A stretch of 64,000 nt of DNA from a virus, in IMG/VR virus record IMGVR_UViG_3300027969_000045. One strand, given 5' to 3'. Of this stretch, positions 25,491 through 35,628 are shown one piece after another. Both the position numbers and the translations under genes were made by a program. How positions within the stretch are numbered: the stretch's first letter is position 1; each line of letters starts with the position of its first letter. The notes under the pieces were generated by a model. That model did no database searches, was not told the DNA's origin, and worked only from the letters and a program-made list of their open reading frames with translations.

Positions 25491-27740
25491 GTGGCACTCA
25501 GAAAACCATCAGATATTTTTGATAAAAAAATTGAAGATATTAACATTCCAGTTGTTGAGTCTGATAGTTCTTTGTATCTTGAGTTAAGTAAAGTAGAAAG
25601 TTTATCAGAACAAGTATCTCAATTACAACAAGAACTATCGCAAAAAGTAATTCAAACTGATCTTGAGAAGTTAGTTCTATCTCAGATCAATTCAATGCGG
25701 GAGAATTTCAATTACCTGCAAAATGACTTTAAGAAATCAAATAAAAAAGATATTTCTGAATTTAAAGATAAAGTATCACAACTTACGGAGATTGTTGGTA
25801 ATCTCATAGAAGAAGAAATACCAAAATACAAAAAACAAGTCACCAAAAATGAAGTTCGTATTGGTGAAAAGTTTGATACTCTTAAAGAAGTAGTAGAAGA
25901 AAATATTGTTGATATTAGAGGTGAGATAGACACTCAAGTTAACAATATTGCCGAAGTAATTGATAATAATCTAGAGTATTTTAACAATCAACTTCAAGAA
26001 ACTTCTTCTAAAGTAAAAGACACTACCGATACTTATAATAAACTTTCTAAAATTTTAGAAAGTAAACTAGTAAAGGAAAATGAGAAGTTAGAAGAATACT
26101 CACAGATTATTCAATCTCTTCACGAAGAATTTGTAGAACTTCAATCATTACTAGAAGAAAAGACCTCTTCTTATGATCAAGTAATTCAAGAAAAGTTTGG
26201 GGATATTTCTTCAGATATAAACAAAAAAATTCGTAGTATTGATGAAGAAGTAGATACCTTTAAGAATAAAGTATCTTCAGATATAAACAAAAAAATTAGT
26301 AGTATTGATGAAGAAGTAGATACCTTTAAGAATAAAGTATCTTCAGAAATTTCAAATATCAAAGCAGATGTTGTTATTAACGAACAGCATATTAAGAATG
26401 TAGATAAGTATCTAAAAGAAAATCATTCAGAACTTATAGAACTCAAAGAAGAAGTTTTTGGTGAGATTGAAAAATTACCTATTGGAAATCTTCAAGAAAA
26501 TTTAGAAAGACTTGAAAAGAAAATTGATTTTATCAAAGAAACTTATTCTCGAATTGAACCTGAAGTTATTGTAAAGGAAGTTATCCGAGAAGGACTATTA
26601 AATGAACCTCCAGATACAAAGAACTCTGATCCTCTTACTCCATTAGATCAGAAGTTTGTAACACTAGAACAACTACAAGAACATTATCGTCTGTTCATTA
26701 ATCGTATTCAACAACAACTCTCCACATTAGGTGGAGGTGGTGAAACTAGATTAAGATATCTTGATGATATTGTTGGTATTGCCACAAATGCAAGTGCTTA
26801 TGATGGAAAGTTTCTTAAGTATAATCACAGTATAGGGAAATTTGAATTTGATGCAGTCTCTGGTGGTGGTGATTATGCAAGTGTTGCTGGTATAGCAACC
26901 TATGCAATAACAGCAGGTATAGCAACCTATGCAACTTATAGTGGTATAGCAACAACTGCGACTTATCTAGCAGATGCTGCAAATATTATAACCGGAGTTA
27001 TTGATAGAAATAGAATAAACACAACTAGTGCTCTTTCTGTTGTTGGTGACTTGTATGTGAGTGGCAATATCTCATTTGGAGGAACAACTGCTCAACTCAA
27101 TACCGAACAACTTCAGATTGCTGATAGTGATATTATATTAGGTATTGGAACTTCTTTTAGTCCAACGGATAATACTGCAAATCATGGTGGTATTGCGATT
27201 GCATCTACCGAAGGAACACCATTAGTAAATCTCAATATTATTCCATCAGAAATACTTCCACCCACATATAAGAAGATTATGTGGTTCAAAGGAAATACAA
27301 TTGGTGCCGGAATTACAGATGCCTGGTTATTTAATTATGGCGTTGGTATTGGTTCTACACAAGTTCCAAATGGAGTTCGTTTGGCGGTTGGTGGTGTTCA
27401 TATCACTGATACTACTATTTCGGCAAATTCTTATAATGGTAGGGGAACTAATCTAACCGGAATTGTAACTTCTATTATTGCCGGAACTGGAATGACGGTA
27501 ACTTCTTCTACGGGGCAAGTTACGGTTTCTTCCATATATCCTGTTCTCAAAAATCCAGTTTTTACTTATACTAGTGGAGTTCTTACGAGCATCCTATATA
27601 GTGATGGGTCAACAAAAACATTTACTTATACGTCTGGGACATTGACTAGAATTGATTTAGTTGTTGGAAGTAGAACTTACAGAAAAACTTTCAATTATAC
27701 AAGTGGTATTTTGACATCTATTACGGAGACTGAGTTTTAA
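25491..27740 (+). CDS. Large virion/fibre-associated protein: coiled-coil N-terminus, GIAT-repeat fibre-like C-terminus
   Basis: Heptad-rich N-terminal half; GGGGETRLRYLDD linker; AGIATYA repeats; three C-terminal FxYTSGxLTxI repeats. Confidence 0.7.
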   Translation: MALRKPSDIFDKKIEDINIPVVESDSSLYLELSKVESLSEQVSQLQQELSQKVIQTDLEKLVLSQINSMRENFNYLQNDFKKSNKKDISEFKDKVSQLTEIVGNLIEEEIPKYKKQVTKNEVRIGEKFDTLKEVVEENIVDIRGEIDTQVNNIAEVIDNNLEYFNNQLQETSSKVKDTTDTYNKLSKILESKLVKENEKLEEYSQIIQSLHEEFVELQSLLEEKTSSYDQVIQEKFGDISSDINKKIRSIDEEVDTFKNKVSSDINKKISSIDEEVDTFKNKVSSEISNIKADVVINEQHIKNVDKYLKENHSELIELKEEVFGEIEKLPIGNLQENLERLEKKIDFIKETYSRIEPEVIVKEVIREGLLNEPPDTKNSDPLTPLDQKFVTLEQLQEHYRLFINRIQQQLSTLGGGGETRLRYLDDIVGIATNASAYDGKFLKYNHSIGKFEFDAVSGGGDYASVAGIATYAITAGIATYATYSGIATTATYLADAANIITGVIDRNRINTTSALSVVGDLYVSGNISFGGTTAQLNTEQLQIADSDIILGIGTSFSPTDNTANHGGIAIASTEGTPLVNLNIIPSEILPPTYKKIMWFKGNTIGAGITDAWLFNYGVGIGSTQVPNGVRLAVGGVHITDTTISANSYNGRGTNLTGIVTSIIAGTGMTVTSSTGQVTVSSIYPVLKNPVFTYTSGVLTSILYSDGSTKTFTYTSGTLTRIDLVVGSRTYRKTFNYTSGILTSITETEF
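26208..26346 (+). repeat. In-frame 66-bp tandem duplication (22 aa)
   Basis: SSDINKKIRSIDEEVDTFKNKV / SSDINKKISSIDEEVDTFKNKV; the copies differ at one base. Confidence 0.9.
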
Positions 27741-27808
27741 ATTTATGAAAAAAACGAAGATAATTATGATCAATAAATATAGTATATTCTTGGGAGAAGT
27801 GATCTGAT

Positions 27809-30800
27809 ATGGCAATTGTCAACGTCGCGTCAAGCCAGAACCTTACGGCGGTCACCTACGCGCAAGACGACATCATCAACGTGAACGATGGCGTTACTCT
27901 CACGATTAACTCTCAGTGGTCGATTAAGCCAAGACTGATTCAGGCGCTTGGCACTGGTCGTATTGAGGTTAGCAACACCAGCACTAGCGTTGCTCATCTG
28001 CAAGAGTTTTTCATGGGTGCTGGCGGAAACTCTGGCGGCATCAGTGTTACGCAGAATGGTGTGTTTCAAGTAAGGGGCGCATGGATTACCGTAGGCACCT
28101 CCACAGGCACAAATAATGAAACACTGTTTAGCGCAAACTCTGTCGGCGGCGTAGCACTTGACTACCCTACTCACATTGAAGTCGAAACAGGTAGCGGCAC
28201 AAACGTCTGGGAAGTTTGGCAGGCGCTTCCACTAGACGTAACTGGCGGAGTAGTCAACACACTTGGGTTCAACGGAAATAACGCCACTGCTGGAACGGTT
28301 GCAGTAACAACTGCGGGCGTAGTAACGGGCACGGGCACCAATTTTGTGACCACAAACGCAGGTCAATTTTTCAAACTTCCTAGCATCACCCGTGACTTTG
28401 TTGTTGGCTCCTACACTTCTGCCACATCAATCATCATCCAGGAACTAGATGGTTCTACCTATACAGGTGGTGTGATTGCCGCAGGAACGTCGTATATTCT
28501 TCGCAGTGGTTCACTTATCAGCGCCACTCAAGTAGGCAGCGGTGACATTGGCAAGGTGTTGTTCTTTAACCCATTGACCACTGCGGTAACAATGGGAGAT
28601 GGCACCAACGGCACAAAGATTCCCACAGGCGCCCGAGTTCGTGTTCCTAATATTCATTTTAATTCCGCTGTTCAGCAAACAACGCTTGCAGCAGCCATTA
28701 CAAGTACAGCAGCGCAGGCCATCACGCTTACAGCAGCAATAGGGGCGGGAACAAACAGTGCTTCTGCAACGGGATATTTTGGCACATTGCTATTGGTCAA
28801 CGGTTCAACTATTGAACGCATTTCATACACTACACGCTCGGGCACAACGGTCAGCGCAACAGGTATGTTCAGGGGCGCTCTTGGAACTACAGCGCAAGCG
28901 AGCTTTCCAATCGGCACATCGGTCTATTGGATTCCAGCGAATAACACTACCACCAATAACGCCACATTTACAACCAACGCATCAGGCACGGTTGATATGC
29001 AGGTGTGCAGCACTGGCTTAAGAATGTGCTGTACGTTTAACAACTATGCAGCTCTAACATTAAAAAACTTTGGCGCCTATTTCTTGACGGTCACAAGCTC
29101 TGCTGGGACATACAGCCTAGATACCATTAGTGCAACTGGCGGCGGCTATCAAGCTCCGGGGGGTGCGGCGGCTGTAATTTCATTTGCTTCTATGATCGGC
29201 AGCGGAAGTTTTGCCAATATCCATGCAAATGTCAACTATACTTTGGCCACTAATGCTACAGGGCTTACATTCTCTAACGTCCAAAACGCGCAAGCAATAA
29301 GCAATGTGCGAGTGAGGATGTATAACCGATCATCCAGTACCAACTTCAACACTAGGTCAATCGCATTTTCAACCGTCAAGTGCGCCACACCTATCGACGG
29401 CATCTACGCTAACTTCACTATCTATACCACTGCACTAACCAACGCAGACATTAAAAATATCTACATATCGTCGCAGCCTGGTAGCTACTCCGCTGGCACT
29501 AGCGACACTGCCGTTGTGCTGTATCTAACCAGCACAGTCAACAGTACCTTCCGTGGCATCCAAATTTGGGATGGCGGCCTTGCCCACCGTAACTACATAG
29601 CCTTGATTAACTCGGATTGTGAAAGTGTTGTAGTTCACAATAAAGGCTACCCCGCAATCAACGGTGGATCACAACTCGCTGCAATCTCCAACGACGCCGG
29701 ACTAAACAGCATCATCGCGTGGATTTCAGTTACAAGCCCTCGCATTACAACGACTCAAAGCTACCTTACAAGTAACGTCACAAGTAACAGCGGTCGCCTA
29801 TTTCGGATGCTGCTGATTGACTCAATCACAGCCACCACGACATCCACTGGTGGCGCAATGAAAGGCGGAGTAGAGCTTGACATGCTGGCAGGCCCCCATC
29901 GTTTTTACTCTTCTACTGCTACAGCCTCCATCGTCCCCAATCTGGTGGACGTTCAACCCATCGTCGTCCTATCCAATACTGCAAAAACCGTTGGCTCCGT
30001 CTACGTCGGCCCGTTCTCAGCACAGAACAGCTTTGATATGTACGCCTTTACAGGTGGCACCTACCTAGACAACCTGGGCCGCATCTACTACCAGACCACA
30101 GGCGATTCAATTATCGTCAAGTCTGCGTTTGCGCTCAAAGGGTTTACAAACTTCACAGGCACAGCGTTTGATTTTAACTACAACTTGGGCTCAGGCACCA
30201 ACCCCATTCCCGCTGGCACGACTGTCGAGTTCCGCATGGTGAACTGGGGCACGGCAAACACAGGCGCCTGGATTGCGTTCACCGATAACTCCAGTTTGGA
30301 GACTACTAGGGCTGCATTGACAGGGTACAGTTCAAGCGTTGGTCTTGACTTGCAACTACGCATTACTGCCACGACAACAGTGGCAGGGCGTTACTTGATG
30401 AGCATGAAGCTGCCCGTCACCATTGACGCAGCATATAATCCTCCTGTATCCGAAACGCAAATCGGATTTACTGGTGCTCAAATTGGTACTTTAATTGCTG
30501 GCTACCTAAATGCAGACCCAAATAACCCTGCTCTGCAAAGCAGCCTGACCTTGACGGGCACCAGTGGTTCCGTACCAATGCCTTATGACTACGATGCCGT
30601 TCCAGTGGCCTACAGACTGATTGCTCGATTGGCAGGCTGGACATTTAGCAACCTTACAGGCACCTACCTCAAGGAAAACATTTCTATTCCGATTACGCAG
30701 ACAAGAGTTAATGATTTGAACGGCAATGCTCTATACACGTCAGGTGTTACAGGCGTGACGGTTAATTATGGTGCATCAACAATCACACTATCCGCAAGTC

Positions 30801-31972
30801 GATCGGCAGTGCAAGTTTGGTCGGCAGTGCAGGATAACCTTTCCCTGCTAGCAAACCTAACTCGCCCTGATCCATTCGCCACCACTAACGGATTGTCATT
30901 TGTTAGCACTTACACACTAGTTGTAACAGGCACATTGTCAGCGGGTAACGTGATTGGTAACGTCACGCTATCGGGCAGTTTATCAAGCGGCGTAACAATC
31001 ACTGGTAATGTGGCACAAGCAACGCCTACAAACTTAACAGGCGTGATAATCAATGGTAATTTAACTTACAACACAAACACACCAATAACTGTAACACTAA
31101 CCAACTGTAATGTTACAGGAACGATAAGTAATAGTGGAAGTGGGTTGGTAAAAGTAGTCAAATCTGGTACAACTTCGTGGCTTACCGCAGGTTCTAATGT
31201 CTCCGTGATCGTCAACGTAACTATTACAACTCCTGGTGGTCTTGCGCTCTCCACTTACATAATCAAAAATGGTGCCACAGACCTGGGATGGGTTGCCACC
31301 AATGCTGCTCGTGCATTAGAAATTCAAGAAACAGATACATTCTCAATCTATGCCATCGCATATGGATATAAGGCTAAACTTGTGAGTGCTAATGCTTTGG
31401 ATTTGGCGACATTTCAGTTTGATCTATTGCCAGAGATATATGTTGATACAACGTTATCAACAGTAACAAGAGACTTTATTGCCTCTAAGTTCAGCACGTC
31501 TATGGATGCTTTTAGTCATATTGCGCTGTCTTTGAATTACGATCTGCGCTCTTATACCCCAGACGATGTATTGAATGCAATTCAATACTTTATTGTAACG
31601 CAAGGTGATCTTATTGCGGCGGGAGTTGTTTATGGTGGTTCTATTGATGGAGTGGAGATTATTGAAGGTGGTATTATTATTGGTACGCCAGGTTTCTATG
31701 GGAAGGTCGCAGATTCGGTTACGACAACAAGTGACTTAGGAATCCTTGTTCCCCTCTATATTGAAGTTCTTGCCTCAGTATATATTACAGACCCGACATA
31801 TTCACCTATACGAAAAAATACATCTGGGATTATTTTACAATATGCTCCGTGGACAAAACAAACCGCAGACATTAGTTCTACTGATATCTCTAGTATTCGA
31901 GATGGTCTAGCAACTGAGGTAAATGTAAATGTGGTAAAAACAAATACAAATCTTATTCCCGGATTGTTCTAA
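27809..31972 (+). CDS. 1387-aa Thr/Gly/Ser-rich beta-strand protein (putative receptor-binding, tail-associated or adhesin); GC-rich
   Basis: Long ORF; beta-helix-like composition; base composition and codon usage clearly differ from the flanks. Confidence 0.7.
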   Translation: MAIVNVASSQNLTAVTYAQDDIINVNDGVTLTINSQWSIKPRLIQALGTGRIEVSNTSTSVAHLQEFFMGAGGNSGGISVTQNGVFQVRGAWITVGTSTGTNNETLFSANSVGGVALDYPTHIEVETGSGTNVWEVWQALPLDVTGGVVNTLGFNGNNATAGTVAVTTAGVVTGTGTNFVTTNAGQFFKLPSITRDFVVGSYTSATSIIIQELDGSTYTGGVIAAGTSYILRSGSLISATQVGSGDIGKVLFFNPLTTAVTMGDGTNGTKIPTGARVRVPNIHFNSAVQQTTLAAAITSTAAQAITLTAAIGAGTNSASATGYFGTLLLVNGSTIERISYTTRSGTTVSATGMFRGALGTTAQASFPIGTSVYWIPANNTTTNNATFTTNASGTVDMQVCSTGLRMCCTFNNYAALTLKNFGAYFLTVTSSAGTYSLDTISATGGGYQAPGGAAAVISFASMIGSGSFANIHANVNYTLATNATGLTFSNVQNAQAISNVRVRMYNRSSSTNFNTRSIAFSTVKCATPIDGIYANFTIYTTALTNADIKNIYISSQPGSYSAGTSDTAVVLYLTSTVNSTFRGIQIWDGGLAHRNYIALINSDCESVVVHNKGYPAINGGSQLAAISNDAGLNSIIAWISVTSPRITTTQSYLTSNVTSNSGRLFRMLLIDSITATTTSTGGAMKGGVELDMLAGPHRFYSSTATASIVPNLVDVQPIVVLSNTAKTVGSVYVGPFSAQNSFDMYAFTGGTYLDNLGRIYYQTTGDSIIVKSAFALKGFTNFTGTAFDFNYNLGSGTNPIPAGTTVEFRMVNWGTANTGAWIAFTDNSSLETTRAALTGYSSSVGLDLQLRITATTTVAGRYLMSMKLPVTIDAAYNPPVSETQIGFTGAQIGTLIAGYLNADPNNPALQSSLTLTGTSGSVPMPYDYDAVPVAYRLIARLAGWTFSNLTGTYLKENISIPITQTRVNDLNGNALYTSGVTGVTVNYGASTITLSASRSAVQVWSAVQDNLSLLANLTRPDPFATTNGLSFVSTYTLVVTGTLSAGNVIGNVTLSGSLSSGVTITGNVAQATPTNLTGVIINGNLTYNTNTPITVTLTNCNVTGTISNSGSGLVKVVKSGTTSWLTAGSNVSVIVNVTITTPGGLALSTYIIKNGATDLGWVATNAARALEIQETDTFSIYAIAYGYKAKLVSANALDLATFQFDLLPEIYVDTTLSTVTRDFIASKFSTSMDAFSHIALSLNYDLRSYTPDDVLNAIQYFIVTQGDLIAAGVVYGGSIDGVEIIEGGIIIGTPGFYGKVADSVTTTSDLGILVPLYIEVLASVYITDPTYSPIRKNTSGIILQYAPWTKQTADISSTDISSIRDGLATEVNVNVVKTNTNLIPGLF

Positions 31973-31999
31973 ATTAATTTTAGTTCCGAAACTGACACA

Positions 32000-32035
32000 G
32001 AGACCCCTTGCAGGGTCTCTTTTTTGTGCTATAAT
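32000..32035 (+). terminator. Terminator hairpin fused to an extended -10 promoter
   Basis: GAGACCC...GGGTCTC, T-run, then TGCTATAAT. Confidence 0.7.
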
Positions 32036-32054
32036 ACGGGAAACACACAGACGT

Positions 32055-32192
32055 ATGATTTCCTCCACCACACCATATAAACTTGCAGAAATAATCAGAG
32101 ATACGTGGTATAATCTTTATACACCAACCAAGTACAATCAAATTCACAAAGAACTTATACTGAAAGAGAAATCAAATGACGAACAAAATTGA
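32055..32192 (+). CDS. Small hypothetical protein, 45 aa (MISSTTPYKLAEIIRDTW...)
   Basis: Manually translated; directly after the promoter. Confidence 0.5.
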   Translation: MISSTTPYKLAEIIRDTWYNLYTPTKYNQIHKELILKEKSNDEQN

Positions 32193-32484
32193 AACTTATG
32201 GAAATCCTTTTCGTTCAGGTGAAAAGAATATTGATGACCTTTATAAGAAACTGATTGAAGACCTTGCAGAAAAAAGTCGTGAGGAGCAGAAGTTTCAATA
32301 CATCTTTGCGGATGTATGTACTGTAATGAAAGATTTGGGATGGGACGCAAGTGATACTATTCTCACACAGATTGCAGGGACCCTCAAGAGTGATAAGTTT
32401 ATTGTGATTAAGAATGAGTCTCTCAATCCTAGACCAAACTCCAAAGCACTTCCAGAAGGACAGGGAAAACCTTTTAGACCTTAA
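32176..32484 (+). CDS. Hypothetical protein
   Basis: 102-aa ORF. Confidence 0.6.
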   Translation: MTNKIETYGNPFRSGEKNIDDLYKKLIEDLAEKSREEQKFQYIFADVCTVMKDLGWDASDTILTQIAGTLKSDKFIVIKNESLNPRPNSKALPEGQGKPFRP

Positions 32485-32510
32485 ATAGATAAAGAGTATA
32501 AGAAATTAAA

Positions 32511-33215
32511 ATGACTTACGATACGGTCTTCATTTCCGACGCACATATAGGGACTTCTAGATGTAATACTGAAAAGTTCCTGAAGTTTCTGAAAGAACTT
32601 AAAACCAAAAAACTTGTAATGGTTGGAGATATTCTAGACATTCATTGTATGGAAAAGTATCATACAAGATGGAAGAAAGAACATACCGAATGTGTTCATG
32701 CAATTTTGAACTTGTGTAAAAAAGGTACAGAAGTTGTCTATGTTCTTGGTAATCACGAAGCAACGATGAGAAGATACTGTGATTTTGAACACAAGAATCT
32801 TTTGATTTGTAATGAATATGTTCACAAGGATTCCAAAGGAAATAAGTTCTTATGTGTTCACGGAGATAAGTATTCTGAATATTCTTCAGGTTCTTGGAAG
32901 CAACTTATCTTTAATTGGGGATATGAGTTCGTCACACCTTTGAGTATCTGGTTAAATCGTTTCTTTCGTTTCTCTTTGGTTCATTACCTAAAGAATACCG
33001 TGAGAGGTAAGGAATATCTAAATCGTTATGAAACTGACATTACGGTTTTCTGTGCTCAAAGAAGTAGAAACTATGCTGGAATTATTTGTGGTCATATTCA
33101 CCATGCAAACATTCGTGAGTTTGGTAAAATAACTTATATGTGCTGTGGTGATTGGTGTGATACTTGCTCTGCGATTGTGGAAAAAGATGGAGTCTATTGT
33201 TTAGAGAAATATTAA
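32511..33215 (+). CDS. Metallophosphoesterase, LpxH (UDP-2,3-diacylglucosamine hydrolase)-like
   Basis: ISDAHIG, GDILD, GNHE, HGD, GHIH and GDW motifs. Confidence 0.85.
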   Translation: MTYDTVFISDAHIGTSRCNTEKFLKFLKELKTKKLVMVGDILDIHCMEKYHTRWKKEHTECVHAILNLCKKGTEVVYVLGNHEATMRRYCDFEHKNLLICNEYVHKDSKGNKFLCVHGDKYSEYSSGSWKQLIFNWGYEFVTPLSIWLNRFFRFSLVHYLKNTVRGKEYLNRYETDITVFCAQRSRNYAGIICGHIHHANIREFGKITYMCCGDWCDTCSAIVEKDGVYCLEKY

Positions 33216-33220
33216 TAAGA

Positions 33221-33385
33221 ATGTACACACCTGAGGGTTACTTAAATGATCCCCCAGATAGTAAATGTCCATACTGTGGGGAGTCTAAAAAAATTTGTTC
33301 TTATAATGACAGTCTATTGAGATTTTGGGCAAGAGAATCCTGTGCCAAAAAGAATAATTTTAAATTTAGAAATTTAGAAATTTAG
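33221..33385 (+). CDS. Small Cys-containing hypothetical protein
   Basis: MYTPEGYLNDPPDSKCPYCG...; start at ATG 33221. Confidence 0.5.
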   Translation: MYTPEGYLNDPPDSKCPYCGESKKICSYNDSLLRFWARESCAKKNNFKFRNLEI

Positions 33386-33413
33386 AATAAATAATTATAA
33401 GTCGCAACTACTT

Positions 33414-33785
33414 ATGGTTCCTCTGCACTCGCCTAAGGACTATCTGTTTAATTTACATACCTCATCTAAAAGTGAAGCAAAACGATTATGGAGACAGAAT
33501 ATAAAAGATGCCTGGAATCACGAGTGTGCTTATTGCGAATCCAAAGAAAACATAACACTAGACCACGTTATACCTCAATGTAAGGGTGGTCTAGATATTA
33601 AAACAAATGTAATTGCCTGTTGTCATTCTTGCAATCAATCCAAAGGTCATATTCCTTGGGAAGAATGGTATTATAATCAGTGCTTTTTTTCTATTGAAAA
33701 TTATGAAAAGATTGAAGAATGGATGAAACCCGATGCTCCTTCAAATGTTTATGCTTATAAACCAAGAAGAAATATCAATTACTAA
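33414..33785 (+). CDS. Small HNH endonuclease
   Basis: CAYC..TLDHVIP..GG...NVIACCHSCNQSKG. Confidence 0.88.
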   Translation: MVPLHSPKDYLFNLHTSSKSEAKRLWRQNIKDAWNHECAYCESKENITLDHVIPQCKGGLDIKTNVIACCHSCNQSKGHIPWEEWYYNQCFFSIENYEKIEEWMKPDAPSNVYAYKPRRNINY

Positions 33786-33807
33786 ATACCAAGTATGAAA
33801 AAAAGAA

Positions 33808-34158
33808 ATGCAAATAGAAACATTGGGAGTACATTATATTTTAGATTTATGTTCTTGTAATGTAACTCTATTGAATGATACTACTCATATTATGAGTTCT
33901 CTAAAAGAAGCGATATTAAAATCAAATGCTACATTACTTGAAGAACTTAAATACGAATTTACTCCCCAAGGAGTAACAGCAATTTGTTTATTGTCAGAAA
34001 GTCATATCTCAATTCATACTTGGCCAGAAAAGCAATATGCGGCAGTAGATATTTTTACTTGTGGCGATCATACGCAACCAGCAAAAGCTTGCGAATATAT
34101 GATAAATGCACTAAAATCTAAGAAGCCAAATATGACTATTGTAAGTAGAGGCATATGA
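33808..34158 (+). CDS. speD: S-adenosylmethionine decarboxylase proenzyme
   Basis: LSESHISIHTWPE and DIFTCG motifs. Confidence 0.92.
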   Translation: MQIETLGVHYILDLCSCNVTLLNDTTHIMSSLKEAILKSNATLLEELKYEFTPQGVTAICLLSESHISIHTWPEKQYAAVDIFTCGDHTQPAKACEYMINALKSKKPNMTIVSRGI

Positions 34159-34246
34159 TTTCTGGCAGTATTAGCCCCCTAGATTTTCTGGGGGGAACTA
34201 TAATTTCATTTTTAATTATTTTTTTACCATTATTAATAATACTACT

Positions 34247-34495
34247 ATGAGTTTTACAGTTTATTCCAAGCACGGATGCCCATATTGTGATAAAATTAAA
34301 ACAGTTTTAAGTCACGTTTCTGCTACAAAAGGAACTCCAGTTGTTTATTATGACTTGGGAACTAATTTTACTAGAGAAGAATTTTACGCTGAATTTGGAG
34401 AGGGATCTACTTTCCCCCAAGTCATTTATGAAAATTCTCATTTGGGTGGATGCTCTGATACAGTTAAGTTCTTACAAGAACAAAATATGCTTTGA
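34247..34495 (+). CDS. Glutaredoxin
   Basis: CPYC, TFPQV and GGCSD motifs. Confidence 0.92.
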   Translation: MSFTVYSKHGCPYCDKIKTVLSHVSATKGTPVVYYDLGTNFTREEFYAEFGEGSTFPQVIYENSHLGGCSDTVKFLQEQNML

Positions 34496-34680
34496 TGGAT
34501 TCTATAAATAAGTTTGAAAGACACGATATAAATCGTGGCGTTGAATTAATGCTTCGTCGGGGGGAAAAACGCATTCCAGAAGAACTTAAAGAAAGAAAGT
34601 TTATTTTTGGTAGAGTTTTTTCCTTTCTGAAAAGGGAAATACGATTTAATTTTGAACTTTCTATAATTAAAAAAACGTAA
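34492..34680 (+). CDS. Hypothetical protein
   Basis: 62-aa ORF in operon order. Confidence 0.55.
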   Translation: MMDSINKFERHDINRGVELMLRRGEKRIPEELKERKFIFGRVFSFLKREIRFNFELSIIKKT

Positions 34681-34698
34681 ATTTCTCGGAGTAATAGA

Positions 34699-34983
34699 AT
34701 GACCGCACCAGAACTCACACTTTTTTGTTTAGTTAGTTTTTTATTTTTATGCGTTGGTGTAGTTGGTGGTTGGGGATTAAAGTCTTATCTAGATAATATG
34801 CTTCCTTCTAGAATGGGTGTTCTTCATCAAGAGTTCTTTGATGAAGACGGTAATGTAATTGCCGATGAAGTAGTTTCCCTTCGTTTGGAATCTGGATTTA
34901 TTGAAGAATTTCAAGAAGATTATAGAGGTCTTTTTGAAGATGGAGATGACGATGACAATGATGACGATGATGACGAAGATTGA
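34699..34983 (+). CDS. Membrane protein with acidic tail
   Basis: N-terminal transmembrane helix, HQEFFDEDGN, poly-Asp C-terminus. Confidence 0.65.
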   Translation: MTAPELTLFCLVSFLFLCVGVVGGWGLKSYLDNMLPSRMGVLHQEFFDEDGNVIADEVVSLRLESGFIEEFQEDYRGLFEDGDDDDNDDDDDED

Positions 34984-35027
34984 TAGATAGATAGTATTAT
35001 AAATTATTACTGATTTTTTAAACAAAT

Positions 35028-35609
35028 ATGACTGTAACAACTGGAGCAAAAAAAGTATCAGTTTCAAGAACAAAAGAAGTTAGTTTGGATCTTCCTCCAA
35101 ATCCACTTGTATTTGAAGTTTTGAATCTTGTATCTAAACAAAGGACAAATGAGAAAAAAGTAGAAGTTCTTAGAAAATATGAAGATCCTTCTTTGAAAGC
35201 AATTTTTATTTGGAACTTTGATGAAAGTATTGTTTCACTTCTACCCGAAGGTGAAGTTCCTTTCTTTGGTGATAATGTTTTAAAAACATCTACAATCACC
35301 GAAAGAATTGGTGATGCTGTCTCTACAATGAATGGCGGAAGTTCTAATTCCCTTGGAACAATTGATGAAAAGCATTCTACGATTCGTAGAGAATATAAGA
35401 AATTTTATAATTTCATTAAGGGCGGAAATGATAGTTTGAATAGTATTCGTAGAGAAACTATTTTTATCAACCTTCTTGAAGGTGTTCATCCATTAGAAGC
35501 AGAAATTCTTTGCTTGTGTAAGGACAAAAAACTACAAACAAAATATAAGATTACGAAGGAAATCGTATCTACCGCATATCCAGATATTCAATGGGGTGGT
35601 AGATCCTAA
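35028..35609 (+). CDS. Conserved T4-like phage hypothetical protein
   Basis: LPEGEVP and RRETIFINLLEGVHPLEAEIL motifs. Confidence 0.75.
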   Translation: MTVTTGAKKVSVSRTKEVSLDLPPNPLVFEVLNLVSKQRTNEKKVEVLRKYEDPSLKAIFIWNFDESIVSLLPEGEVPFFGDNVLKTSTITERIGDAVSTMNGGSSNSLGTIDEKHSTIRREYKKFYNFIKGGNDSLNSIRRETIFINLLEGVHPLEAEILCLCKDKKLQTKYKITKEIVSTAYPDIQWGGRS

Positions 35610-35628
35610 TTATAACTAAAAAAATATT

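Noticed and set aside
27830-31254. Several alternative-frame and antisense ORFs inside the 1387-aa gene
   Set aside because: Expected by-product of higher GC content; no recognisable motifs
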